This document shows, piece after piece, positions 48,456 through 62,000 of a stretch of DNA of 64,000 nucleotides. This DNA is from Octopus sinensis. Its lineage: Eukaryota. The position numbers were made by a program, and so were the translations under genes. Position 1 is the first letter of the stretch, and each line of letters starts with the position of its first letter. The stretch lies in contig NC_043021.1 of the NCBI RefSeq assembly GCF_006345805.1, forward strand, positions 12,648,001 through 12,712,000. The letters are read 5' to 3'. The notes under the pieces are model-generated. The model did no database searches, had not been told where the DNA came from, and worked only from the letters and a program-made list of their open reading frames with translations.

Positions 48456-51400
48456 AGGTGGCAAGCTAGCAGTATCCTTAGCATGCTGGATGAAATGCAC
48501 TTAGCAGTATTTCACCCATCGTGGAGGCACATGGCCTAGTGTTTAGAGCAGCGGACTTGCGGTCAAGGGATTGCGGATTTGAATCTCAGACTGGGTGATG
48601 TGTGCATTTATGAGCGAAACACCTAAGCTCCACGCGGCTCCAGCAGAAGGTAATGGTGAACTTCTGCTGACTCTTTCCTCCTGCATCTTGCAGCTCACTT
48701 GCAATAGACTGGCATCCCGTCCAGGTGGGGAACCTATACACCAAGGAAACCGGCCCTAATGAGCCAGGCATGGCTCGAAAAGGAACAGACATTTCACTCA
48801 TCACTAGGTCCTGAGTTCAAATTACGCCAAGGTCAACTTTGCTTTCATCGTTTTGGGGTTGATAAATTAAGTACCAGTGAAACACTGGAGTCAATATAAT
48901 CGACTTTACCCCCTCCTGCAAATTTTCAGGCTATGTGCCTTTAGTAGAAAGGATTATTATTTGAATTTTTGATGGAATTAGCCCAATTTGTATTGCTGTA
49001 CAAAGAACAGAGCCTTACTTCTCTTGCAGCTGTTCTTTAACGATACGACATTCAGATAAAGTACTATACAAGAAATTGAAAACGAATGAAACTGAAAATA
49101 GGTAGGTAAAGAAAAGAATGCATGGTCAATTTCATAGGGATGTTGAAGATAAGATAGACAGAGAAAAAAGATGGCTGTGGATGACTAGAAGCGATTTAAA
49201 ACCAGAAACGGAGACTCTAATCTGTGCTGCCCAAGAGCAAGCACTAAGGACAAACTACATAAAATACAGAACAGACAACACATCAGAAAGTGATAAATGC
49301 AGAATCTGTGGACAAAACGGTGAAACCGTTTGGCATATTACCAGCCAATGTATATAAGAGATGCCACGACAATATAACCAGGCTGTCCATTGGACACTTT
49401 GCAGCAAGTATGGACTTGACCAGAGGTACTAATTACTAATTTTCTTATATTTTTGATGTGTCTAAGGCAAAAATAGGTGGATGAGGAAAGCATTGGTTGT
49501 TTTTTTATTTACAACAAAAATATATAGCAACAATAACAGAAATATGGAATCACTCACCATGACTGTATCTCGTGCGGTTAAATGCTTTTTTACAGTTAAA
49601 GCTGGAACAGAAAATACAGAGAATATCAAGGGGACACACAGACAAGATGGGGACATCACCACATTAATTGAATAAACAGATGTAACTGTATCAAAATAAT
49701 GAAATTAAATTCATTCATCCATGAAGGCAACAAATCAACATAGCCTTGAAGGAACCACCAAGCCTCCTGGAAATAGCAGCGAAAAACTTGGTAAATGGAA
49801 ACTATTTATTTCTCTCTTTCTTTCTTCCTCTCTATCCCTCTCTCTCTCTCTGTTTTTCTCTCACTTTGTTCTTTGCTTTCTTCCTCTCTTTCTTCCTTCG
49901 TGTCTCTCCCTCTCTCTTTCTTTCTTCCATTTTTCCTTCTCTCTTCTTTTTCTTCTTTCCCACCTTTCTTTCTTTCTCTCTATCTATATCTGTCTGTTTG
50001 TCTAGCTATCAATCTTACATACGTGCATGCATACTTACATAAAACACACACACAACACACACACACAACACACACATACACATGTACATACATACAAATA
50101 TAGCATGGCTGTGTGGTTAAGAAACTTGCTTTTCAACCACATGGGTCCACGTTCAGTCCCTTAGCATGGCACCTTGGGCAAGTGTCTTCTACTATAGTCA
50201 CAGGTTGATCAATGCCTTGTGAATGAATTCGTTGGGAAAGCCCATTGTGCATATATATGTATGTAAGTGTGTGTGTGCATGTATATGTATGTGTTTGTGT
50301 TTGTGTGTGAGAGTGTGTGTATGTGTGTGTGCGAATTTGATAATGTGTAAATCAGTTTGGAGTGCAAACTAGTGCATTCAAACAGAAATATTTTATGGTA
50401 ATCATTGTCAACCAATTTATCTTCCCCTTCACAAAAATTTACTTTTAGAATATGTCCTGGGTCCAGACAAAGTCCCAGGCTGCCATCCAACCCATCAAAG
50501 GCAGTGCTCCAGCATGGTCACGCTGACCAATAACTGAAACCAGCAAAACAAGAAGATGAGTGATAAATGCAAGGGACTACGTACATTCTTTTGAGCTTGT
50601 GCTTAGGGGCTCTTCTTCGATGATATCCTTCAGAAATATAATGGAAGGGATGACAACGTGACCTTTGCCCTTCACATTGCACACCACTTCATCATGGTCC
50701 AGGACGGTCAGTTGGAACTGGACATCTGGTTTCGATGTTGACATCTGTAAGGTCGCCAGATGGTCTTCAGTTACCTTTACGGAATAACTGAACGTGTACA
50801 GGTAAACCATTAATATGGCAGAGAGATGTGAGGATTAAGAGAAAGTAAAGAAGATGTAAGGATTATTAAGATAACAGAATGTAAATGTAAAGATTTAGAT
50901 TGCAGAAAGTTGGTGTAAGGATTAACATAACAAAGGATTAAAGTTATGTAAAGTAGTTGTAAGGATTAAGATGACATAATGTGGATGTAAGGATTTAGAC
51001 AACAGAAAGGTGTATGGATTAACATAACATAGGTAGATATAAGGATTAAAGTTACATGAAGTAGAAGTAAGGATTAGCATTGCATAAAATAAGTGTGTGG
51101 ATTAACACTATAAAGTAGATGTAAGGATTAAGATGACATAATGTAGAAGATAAGGATTTAGATTACAGAAAGTTGGTGTATTGATTACCATAACAAAGGA
51201 TTAAAGTTACATAAAGTAGAAGTAAGGATTAACATTGCATAAAATAAGTGTATGGATTAACACAACATAATGTAGATGTAAGGATTAACAAGATGAGAAG
51301 TAGATGTAAGGATTAAAAAGATGTGAAGTAGATTAAGATGACATAATGTGGATGTAAGGATTTAGACTGCAGAAAGTTGGTGTATGGATTAACATAACAT

Positions 51401-54400
51401 AAGGTAGATATAAGGATTAAAGTTACATGAAGTAGAAGTAAGGATTAGCATTATATAAAATAAGTTTGTGGATTAACACAACATATAGTAGATGTAAGGA
51501 TTAACAGGATGTGAAGTAGATGTAAGGATTAACAGGATGTGAAGTAGATGCAAGGATTAACAGGATGTGAAGTAGATGTAGGGATTAACATTACATACAG
51601 TAAGTATATGGATGAATATTGGTTTCAAATTGTGGCATGAGGCCAACAAATTTCGGTGGAGCGGGTAAGTCAAGGATTAATATTACACAAAGCTGATGTG
51701 AGGATTAAAATAACACAATTCTGTTAAGGATTAAGATTACATAAATAGGATTAACTTTAGATGAAGTACAGATAAAGATTGTGGAGGTGCGTAGCTTAGT
51801 GGTTAGGGTGTCAGCATCATGATCGTAAGATTGTGGTTTCGATTTCTGGACCAGGCGATGCGTTGTATTCTTGAGCAAAGCACTTCATTTCACGTTGCTC
51901 TAGTCCACTCAACTGGCAAAAATGAGTAACACTATGATGGACTGGCGTCCTGTTCAGCTGGGGAACATATATGTCATTGAAACCAGGAAACCATGAGCCT
52001 GGCTAGGCTTTAAAAGGGCGCATTTATTGCTATTTACAGATAAAGATTAACACTATATGAAATAAAAGTAAGGATTAACTTTACAGAAAACTAATCAGTT
52101 GTATCTTCTTCACTGGGTAATTTTTATCTTTCTCACTCTCATGCGCTCATCCACCCCTCTGAAAAAAAATCATGTCTTTTTACAAGAAACCTAGAAAGTC
52201 ACAGAACTTCAACAAAGGTATAAAGGGCACAAAGCAGGCCATTTTTTATTCATTTCACCATATTACTTCCACTACCTCACATACAAATCTTCAAAAAGAT
52301 ATGGTGGGCCCCATAATCTATTGGGCAGTAGGAGCTCAGTTATAGTGGCCCTCTGTCAGCTATATGACTATGACAAGGGGTCAAGTTGATCCAATCAATA
52401 GAGGAGCCTGCTTGTGAAATTAACGTGCAAGTGGCTGGATAAGCACATTAAAAGGGGTCTGTGGGAAAACTCAAATAAAAAAAGGGGTTAGAAACCACTG
52501 TTGAGAACCACAGTTTTTATAGCTTTGAGATTTTGATGATGTGATTGTTTATCAATAGAATGACATTGTAGAGTAGGTGTGAAATGTAGGATATGGCCAG
52601 TTTGACCATAAAACAGGGAGGATGTTTCGTCCAGACATGGCCGGTTTAAAATGCTAACAAGAAACCACATATACTTGATAGGAAAGGAAAAGGTTTGAAA
52701 CGTGATTCAATGTACTCACCTCATGAAGTATGGATAAGTATCAGACGGAATATAGTAGTGTTTTATGTCTTGAATATAGAGGTGAGTGTTGAGTTCAGCT
52801 TTTTGCAGATGCAGAAGGGAGCTCGATGAGCCGATGAGACGCAGCCGCCATCTACCACTAGGTATGGCTTGTTCCAGACTCCGAGCCTCTGCGATGAATG
52901 TGTACCCACGCTGTTCAAGGAAAAAAAAAATTTAATTAAACCATAGGCGCAGGAGTGGCTGTGTGGTAAACAGCTTGCTAACCAACCACATGGTTCCGGG
53001 TTCAGTCCCACTGCGTGGCATCTTGGGCAAGTGTCTTCTGCTATAGCCCCAGGCCGACCAATGCCTTGTGAGTGGATTTGGTAGACGGAAACAGAAAGAA
53101 GCCTGTCGTATATATGTATATATATATATATGTGTGTGTGTGTGGGTTTGTGTGTCTGTTTGTCCCCCTAGCATTGCTTGACAACTGATGCTGGTGTGTT
53201 TATGTCCCCGTCACTTAGCGGTTCGGCAAAAGAGACTGATAGAATAAGTACTGGGCTTACAAAGAATAAGTCCCGGGGTCGATTTGCTTGACTAAAGGCG
53301 GTGCTCCAGCATGGCCGCAGTCAAATGACTGAAACAAGTAAAAGAGTAAAAGAGTATAGAGAAAAAAAAAAAGAGAGATTAGTTGCTGTTGATTGTCTTT
53401 GAATAAAAGTAATTTCAGGTTAATCTTTTGCTGGGGAATGTTATGTTTGGAACCATTTTTTGTTGGGATATTCTTTATTTTCACTAGACTTCGACCATGC
53501 TGGGGTACCACCATGACAAATTCCAATTAAGCAAATTAATCTCAATACTTATTTTTTTAAAGCCTGTTAATTATTCTATCGGTCCCTTTTGCTGAACTGC
53601 AAAGTTACAGGGACATAAACACACCAACACTGGTTGTGATGTCATAGCGGAGGACAAACACAGACACAAATACACCCCCCACACACACCCATAACGTTTT
53701 CGGTTTCCATCTACCATATCCACTTTCAGGGGACTTTCATCAAATCAGGGCTTTCATCAACACTTGTTCAAGGTGGTCACACAGTGGGACTGAACCCAGG
53801 ACCACGTTGGAAAGCAAATTTCTTACCATGCAGCCATGAAGCAAGGTGACGAGGAGAAAATACCAATTCTATTTTCTGGTAGACATTTAATATCATTACC
53901 ATAAAATTTAATTTAGTGATGAAAGGGTCCCTCCTCCTCCTCCTCCTCCATTGCTGCCGCCATCACCGCCACTACCGCCATTACCACTTGATGTCTGTCT
54001 TTGATGCTGGCATGGTTTGACAGGAGCTGGCAAGCCAGAGGATTGCACCAAGCTGCACTGTCTGTTCTGGTATGGTTTTTATGGCAGGATGCCAGCGCTG
54101 CCTGACTAGCGTCCGTGTCGGTAACACGTAAAAGCACCGACCGATCGTGATTTGTTTGCCAGCCTCCTCTGGCCCCTGTGCTGGTGGCATGTAAAAAGCA
54201 CCCACTACACTCACGGAGTGGTTGACATTAGGAAGGGCATCCAGCTGTAGAAACACTGCCAGATCAGACTGGACCTGGTGCAGCCTCCTGGCTTCCCAGA
54301 CCCTGGTTGAACTGTCCAACCCATGCTAGCATGGAAAACGGACATTAAACAATGATGATGATGATGATGATGATGATGCCCTTTCTAATGCCAACCACTT

Positions 54401-57400
54401 TACAGAGTGGACTGGATGCCTTTTAAATGACACCAACAAGGGACATAAATTCTGCTGTCATGGTAACAGGGCTTAAACTCTCTAACCTAATTATTGGTTG
54501 CCCAGTGTTTAACATTCCCTTGAAGACCCTACAGTGGAACTCTGGGGAGGTGAGTAAACATCTTGCAAAAAAAAAAAAAGATAAAAAAATTGGGAGGAAC
54601 TGACCTTATTTTTCCTATACACAAAAGGGGACACCTGCTTGAATACTTTGTTTATTTCGGCTCCGTTGTCGTTGTTGATGACACGCAAAAAGCAGGTTTT
54701 TAGGTTCACATAAAGTTTGGGAACTACCATGATTTCCTCCGACACCAAAAATACCTCCCTGGATAAGAAAAGAAGATATAAAAAAAAAGGAGAAAAGAAA
54801 AACATTAACAAATTATTCATCCTCATCATTGTTGTTGTTTGTTTGTTTGTTGTTGTTGTTGTTGTTGTTGTTGTTAAGCAACAAGATGGTAAGGGTGATT
54901 AGGTGATGGTCTAGGGCTTAGGGGCGGGAGACCCCAGACCTTGGGAAAAAAAAAAATTGGTCGTCTTGTTGTAGTCGAGGGCTCTTTGTAGACGCCCGAC
55001 ACCACTGGGAGGTGGCCCTCAAAGTCACTGGAAATGGAGATCTCCAGGTCCAAATTCTTGAATGGCTGCTGCTGCTGTTGCTGCTGCTGCTGTTGCTGTT
55101 GCTGTTGCTGTTGTTGTTGTTGTTGTTGAGGTGATGAACAGGCAAAATTTTGAGCATGCTGAACAAAGTACTAAGCAGGATCTCATCTGGATTTATGTTC
55201 TGAGTTCAAATTCCACCAAGGTCAACTTTGTCTTTCATCGTCTTAGGATCACCAAAATAAAGTCCCAGTCAAAAGCAGGTCTCCCTCGTCCAGAAGTTCT
55301 GTCCACTTTAAGTGATTGGCACTTCTGTATGCAACTGTCTACATCCATCCGCATAACATAACCAGACTTTTGCCCTTCTGACAGAACCCCATGGCTAAAA
55401 TATTCTGTGAAAACATGTCCAGCCATGGGGCTAGATACTATCTTATATAGAAAGAAGTGAGGGTTAGTGACAGGAAGAGCATCCAACTGTAGAAAATCTG
55501 CTTCAATAACCCCTGTTAAACGCATGCAAGCATGGAAAAGGGGGCATTAAGAGGATGATGATGACTGCAAGCCATTTTGACTTCACTCTGTTTTGAAGAA
55601 ATATTGGTTTCAAACTTTGGTGCAAGGACATCAATTTCGGAAGAGGGGTAAGTCAATTACCTCAACACCAGTGATAAACTGATACTTATATTTATCAACC
55701 CTAAGACAATGAAAGGCAAAGACAACCCTGACAGAATTTGAACTCAGAACGTCTAAAGACGGACGAAATACCACTAAGCATTTTGTCCAGCATGTTGACA
55801 ATTCTGCCTGTTTTGAAGAAATATTAACAAAATAAATATCTTACCTGAAAACCACAAACCATGTCTCAGGGGGCTGTTCCCCGTATACTCCTTGGTAATC
55901 GGTGTAAGAGATTTTGTGCCAATCCTCTTTGTAGAAGCTGTGGTATGGGATGATTTTGGGGTTTTTACTTATCAGATACCTGGATAAATAGAGATGATAT
56001 AATAATGCATAATTATGATTGTCTCTGATTCCTTATATTAGGTCATCCGGAAAGTTTGTGCCACTTTATAGTAGCTTACCTTTCAACTTATTTTAGAACA
56101 TGGTTGAGTCCATAAAATAGGATTTTACTACACCTCCATTTAGAGCAGAGTTTAAGCTATCTTTTCGTGGAAGAAGGTTTATATTACTATGACCTGGGTT
56201 AATTCTGTAACCCTTTAAAATGGAAGATAAGAAAGTTCATTTTTGGCACTTGATGCTTTTCTTTTTCCGAACAGGGAAAAGTGCCTCACAAGCAACCAAA
56301 GAAATGTGTGCAGTTTATAGTGATGTTTCTTTATCCGAAAGAACTGTACGGAAGTGGTTCACGAGGTTCCGAGCTGGGGGTTGTAGCCTTATTGATAAAG
56401 AGCGATCAGGCAGACCATCCACTACAGATGATGACCAAATCAAGTCATTAATTGAGAATAACCCACATTGCACAACCTGAGAATTGGCAGAAAGCCTCAA
56501 CCTATCAAAATCCGTCATTCACGAGCACCTGGTAAAGCTTGGGTAATGGCAAGTATTTATTGACCTTTTTCTTTCCTTTAAAAATCGGCACGAACTTTCC
56601 GGACAACCCAATATTATATTATAACATAACATTATGAAAAAGCACACACACACACACACATGTATGGAGGTCGTCATGTAAAAATGGTATAAGAGACTTT
56701 GCTTCGACCAGGATTACCAGGCTAAGGAGTGCAAGGCATAGGAGAAAAGCAGCGACAAATATACCACTTGCACTGACCATTAACCCTCATCTCTTGCAAC
56801 ATCTGTAGGCTTCTTTGCAAATCATTGGCAGGATTCAAATGTCACATTCGATATAAGTATTATGACTGACAAAGGGAATGGAGGCTGTCAGATACACATA
56901 TGTCAAAACCAACAGGAGAGTCCATCACATATATACATACATATATATATATATAAAAGTATACATATGTATATTTATATATCATCATCGTCATCATCAT
57001 TGTTTAACGTCTGCTTTTCATGCTGGCATGGGTTGGACGATTTGACTGAGGACTGGTGAACCACATGGCTGCACCAGGCTCAAATCTGATCTGGCAGAGT
57101 TTCTACGGCTGGATGCCCTTCCTAACACCAACCACTCTGAGAGTGTAGTGGGGGCTTTTATGTGCCACCGGCATGAGGGCCAGTCAGGCGGTACTGGCAA
57201 TGGCCACGCTCAAATGGTGTTTTTTACATGCTACCTGCACAGGAGCCAGTCAAGCAACACTGGCAATGACCTCATTCGAATATTTTTTTTCACATGCCAC
57301 CGGCACAAGTACCAGTAGGGCAATACTGGTAACAATCATGCTCAAATGCTGCTTTTTACATGCCACAGACATGGGAGCCAGTCAGCTGCCCTGGCAACGG

Positions 57401-58712
57401 CAACGATCACACTCGGATGGTGCATATATATATATATATATATATATATCAAGGAACTCTATATATTTATTTATTTCAAATGGAACCTTAGCAAACAAGA
57501 GTAGAAATGTCTCCATTTTGTAGCTATGTAATTAAAGAAAAACAATTATATCTGTAGTTAGTCTGAAATATAACTGATGTAATTAAAATAATTACCTGAA
57601 CACATTAAGACCAATCTCTTCAATATTTGGTTTAATTTGAAGCCAAAACTTTTTCAAAACATCACATACAGCGATGTTATCAGGTGTACCTTTAAGAAGA
57701 TATTTTAACTCCACTTTAATCTCATTTCAATAACTGATTGCAAAACACCATCATATATACAGGTACAACACTGTTCCAGAACCTGATTTTCCCAAACTAG
57801 GTGTGGCTATCTTCTTCAACATACTCTAAATTAAAGACATATTGTCTTCAAATTTTGGCAGCAATTTCGGGAGAGGGATAAGCCGATTCCATCAACCCTA
57901 GTGCTCAACTTTGAACTCAGAATGTAAGGCCAGACAGACAAAATGCCACTAAGCATTTTGCCCAGCATGTTAATGATTCTGCCAGCTTGTTTGTTCCTTC
58001 TCAAGCCATGCCTGGCTCATAGGGCTGGTTTCCCGGTTTCCTTGGCATATAGGTTCCCCACCTGGACGGGACACCGGTCCGTTGCAGGTGAGCTGCAAGA
58101 TGCAGGAGTAAAGAGTGAGAGAAGTTTGCCATTACCTTCTGCTGGAGCCGCGTGGAGCTTAGGTGATTTGCTCATAAACACACACATCACCCAGTCTGAG
58201 ATTCAAACCCGCGATCCCTTGACCGCGAGTCCACTGCTCTAACCACTAGGCCATGTACCTCCACTAAATAAATGCGCCCTTTTAAAGCCTAGCCAGGCTC
58301 ATGGGCCCAATTTTCCAGTTTCAATGGCAAATCTGTTCCCCAGCAGGACGGGACGCCAGTCCATCGCAGCATTACTCATTTTTGCTATCTGAGCAGACTG
58401 GAGCAACATGAAATGGAGTGTTTTGCTCAAGAACACAACGCGTCGCCCGGTCTAGGAATCGAAACCACAATCTTACAATCATGATGCTGACACCCTAACC
58501 ACTAAGCCATGCGCCTCTACAATAAAGTTGGTGTTGTACCTGTATATTCTTCAATTTGGCAAATACATAAAACCTCTTTCTTACCGTGTGTGCGAGATCT
58601 TTTTATTTTACGAACATATGCCCCACGCCAGAAAGTCTGTATCTTTACCGCAGCGATTTGAAAGTCAATGTTGGTTTCCCTGTGAATTGTTTAAAAAGGA
58701 TACCACAAATTA

Positions 58713-58760
<48 letters not shown>

Positions 58761-58928
58761 TGTTGTTGTTATTATTATTTAAATAAATTGATAAATAAAC
58801 AACCAAGCAAACAAATAAATGGTTGTGTGGTTCAGAAGCTCACTTTGCTTCCACATGATTCTGGGTTCAGTCCCACATTGCAGCACCTTGGGCAAGTGTC
58901 TTCTATTATAACCTCATACATATGTATA

Positions 58929-58967
<39 letters not shown>

Positions 58968-58998
58968 ATGTATACACATGTATGTATGTTTGTGTATA

Positions 58999-59031
<33 letters not shown>

Positions 59032-62000
59032 ATGTATGTATGTGGCTGTGGAGTGGCTGTGTGGTAAGTAGCTTGCTAACCAACCACATGGTTCCAGGTT
59101 CAGTCCCACTGCGTGGCATCTTGGGCAAGTGTCTTCTGCTATAGCCCCGGGCCGACCAATGCTTTGTGAGTGTATTTGGTAGACGGAAACTGAAAGAAGC
59201 CTGTCATATATATGTATATATATATAAGTGTGTGTGTATATGTTTGTGTGTCTGTGTTTGTCCCCCTAGCATTGCTGGTGTGTTTACGTCCCCGTCACTT
59301 AGCGGTTTGGCAAAAGAGACCGATAGAATAAGTACTGGGCTTACAAAGAATAAATTCCAGGGTCGATTTGCTCGACTAAAGGCGGTGCTCCAGCATGGCC
59401 GCAGTCAAATGACTGAAACAAGTAAAAGAGTATGTATGTATGTATGTAAAGCTGTGTGGTTAAGAATTTTGCTTCCCAACCACATAGTTCCAGGTTCAGT
59501 CCCACTACATGGCTCCTCTTGCAGGGGTCTTCTACTATAATCCCAGGTCAAGAACGGATTTGGCAGACAGAAACTGAATGTTGCGCGCGTGTGTGTGTGT
59601 GCATGCACACACACAAACAAGGCAGTACTGAAAAGTTCCTGGCTTTAAGGTTATTGTGAAAGGCCTAGTTAGAGGCCCAACCTTCTGAGTTCTTTTACAG
59701 GGTTTAGAAAAATTGACAACCTTACTGCAGGAAGCATATGAATCTCAATAAAATCCCAATCCTCCTGTATTTTCTTTTATCCTAAGCCAGGAACTTTTTC
59801 TGCACACCCTTGTGTGTGTGTGTGTGTGATTATTCAGCTTATTTCAAGATTTCTTACCAATAAAGAAAGGGCTAATTTCTAATTCATTTGAATTTCATCA
59901 ACATCAACAGGGTAAGCAGCTGTGGCAGAAAACACATGGCCATGGTCATGGGGCTGAATGTCTTTGATCATAGGACCTGCTCAATCCCATATGACATTGG
60001 GGGTGCGAGGGTTAAACAGCAGCAACAACAGCCGTTCAAGAATTTGGACCTGGAGATCTCCATTTCCAGTGATTTCGAGGACCAACTCCCAGTGGTGTCG
60101 GGCATCAACGAAGAGCCCTTGACCAAAGTTTTTTTTTTTTTCCCCAAGGTCTGGGGTCTCAATCCCATATGACATTGGGGGTGGGAGGGTTAAACAGCAG
60201 CAACAACAGCCGTTCAAGAATTTGGACCTGGAGATCTCCATTTCCAGTGACTTCGAGGGCCACCTCCCAGTGGTGTCGGGCATCAACAAAGAGCCCTCGA
60301 CCAAAGTTTTTTTTTTCCCCAAGGTCTGGGGTCTACAGCCCCTAAGCCCTAGACCATCACCTAATCACCCTTACCTGTCTTGTTGCTTAACAACAACAAT
60401 AACAACAAAAACAACAACATGCACCAACATGTACTAACATATGCCAACATGCACATCTTCCAAAATTTATTTTTTCACTCTGGCCATTGCCTGTTTACAA
60501 ATAATGTTCTAAGCAACATAGAGTTAACGAAGTACCAATTAGACACAATCCAAAAGAATCAAAAGAGAAACTCACATCTGCGGGAAAGGGTCATACTTCT
60601 CAGTCTCTGTAGTGAAAATACAAACAAAAGGTACATTAATTTAGGGATAAAAAAAAAAGGGGGTAAAGACTCGTTTTGGTCACGAATGACCATAGGATTG
60701 CACTTAGAAAGTTCCCCTCTGAGGCAGAATTATAGGCAAGGTTGTTTATGGAAGACCAGCAGTTGCCCATGTATACTAGCCTCCCTTCTCCACACCACCA
60801 ATACTATCCAAGGGAAAAGCAAAGGGGCCAATACAGCTTGGCCCCAGTGACATTGCACCTCATTTCTACAGCTGAGTGAACTGGAGCAACGTGAAATAAA
60901 GTGTCTTGCTCAAGAACACAACACAGTCTGGTCCTGGAATCGAATTCACAACTTCATGATTGTAAGCCCAACACCCTAACCACTGAACTATGCACCTTCA
61001 CATAGCTATGCACCTTCACATACCTATGTGCCTTCACATAGCTATCTGCCTTTACATAGCTATTCACCTTCACATACCTATGTGACTTTACATAGCGATG
61101 CACCTTCACAAAGCTATATGCCTTTACATAACTATGCACCTTCACATATTTATGTGCCTTCACATAGCTATATGCCTTCACATAGCTATTTGCCTTTACA
61201 TAACTATGCACCTTCACATAGCTATGCGCCTTCACACAGCTATATGCCTTCACATAGTTATGCACCTTTACATACCTATGAGCTTTCACATAGCTATGCA
61301 TCTTCACATATCTATGTGCCTTTACAAAGCTATGCACCTTCACATAGCTATGTGCCTTCACATTTAGGGATATCATTAACTAAAACTTGAGTAATGTGTA
61401 TAGCATTCTTGAAATATTATTATAGAACAAAGAATATCGATTAGATGTGAGAAAAGGGGTTGTGTGCAGATATGTCCGTATTGTTAAGAAGTTGTTTATG
61501 TAACTACCATGTAGTTGTGGGTCTAATTCCACTACATGGCACATTGAACAAATGTCCATTCAACCATAAATTCACCTTGATTAATTCCCTGTGGGTAAAA
61601 TTTAATTTGCTTGATGGAAATTCTGTGGAAGCTCATCTCAGCTGCATTATCTTCTATGAATATTTCGAATCATACACCATCTGCAAGTGGCACAATATCT
61701 TTGTGGGTTTTTTTTTTTTATGTAGACTTTCTGCTTGTGGGAAACTTGTAAAATCAGTTTTCATTCACCAGGGTTTGATTGACACAAGGTAACCCAGAAC
61801 CATTCTCAGAAGAGAGAACAAAAAGAAAGGAAGGAAAATGGACAGATGGACAGACAGACAGACAGAGCCAAATAAACAACGAGACATATACACCAACAGA
61901 CAGACACATAGACAAACATAGAAAGACAGACATACAAACAGATGACCAGATGGACAGAAAAACATACAGACATACAGACAGATTGACAGGCAGTCAGACA

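Noticed and set aside
57730-57830. Candidate ADGB exon [14 protein letters not shown]
   Set aside because: Poor donor and no recognisable homology; the IQ exon at 58585-58679 already supplies the correct phase.
60240-60305. HDV-like ribozyme in the 210-bp SINE-like element
   Set aside because: P2/P3-like pairings exist, but I could not find a convincing P1 or P4.
61576-61653. Phase-symmetric 78-nt candidate ADGB exon ([12 protein letters not shown]...)
   Set aside because: Weak acceptor, and the sequence aligns to a decayed family-A SINE on the plus strand; the neighbouring exons join without it.
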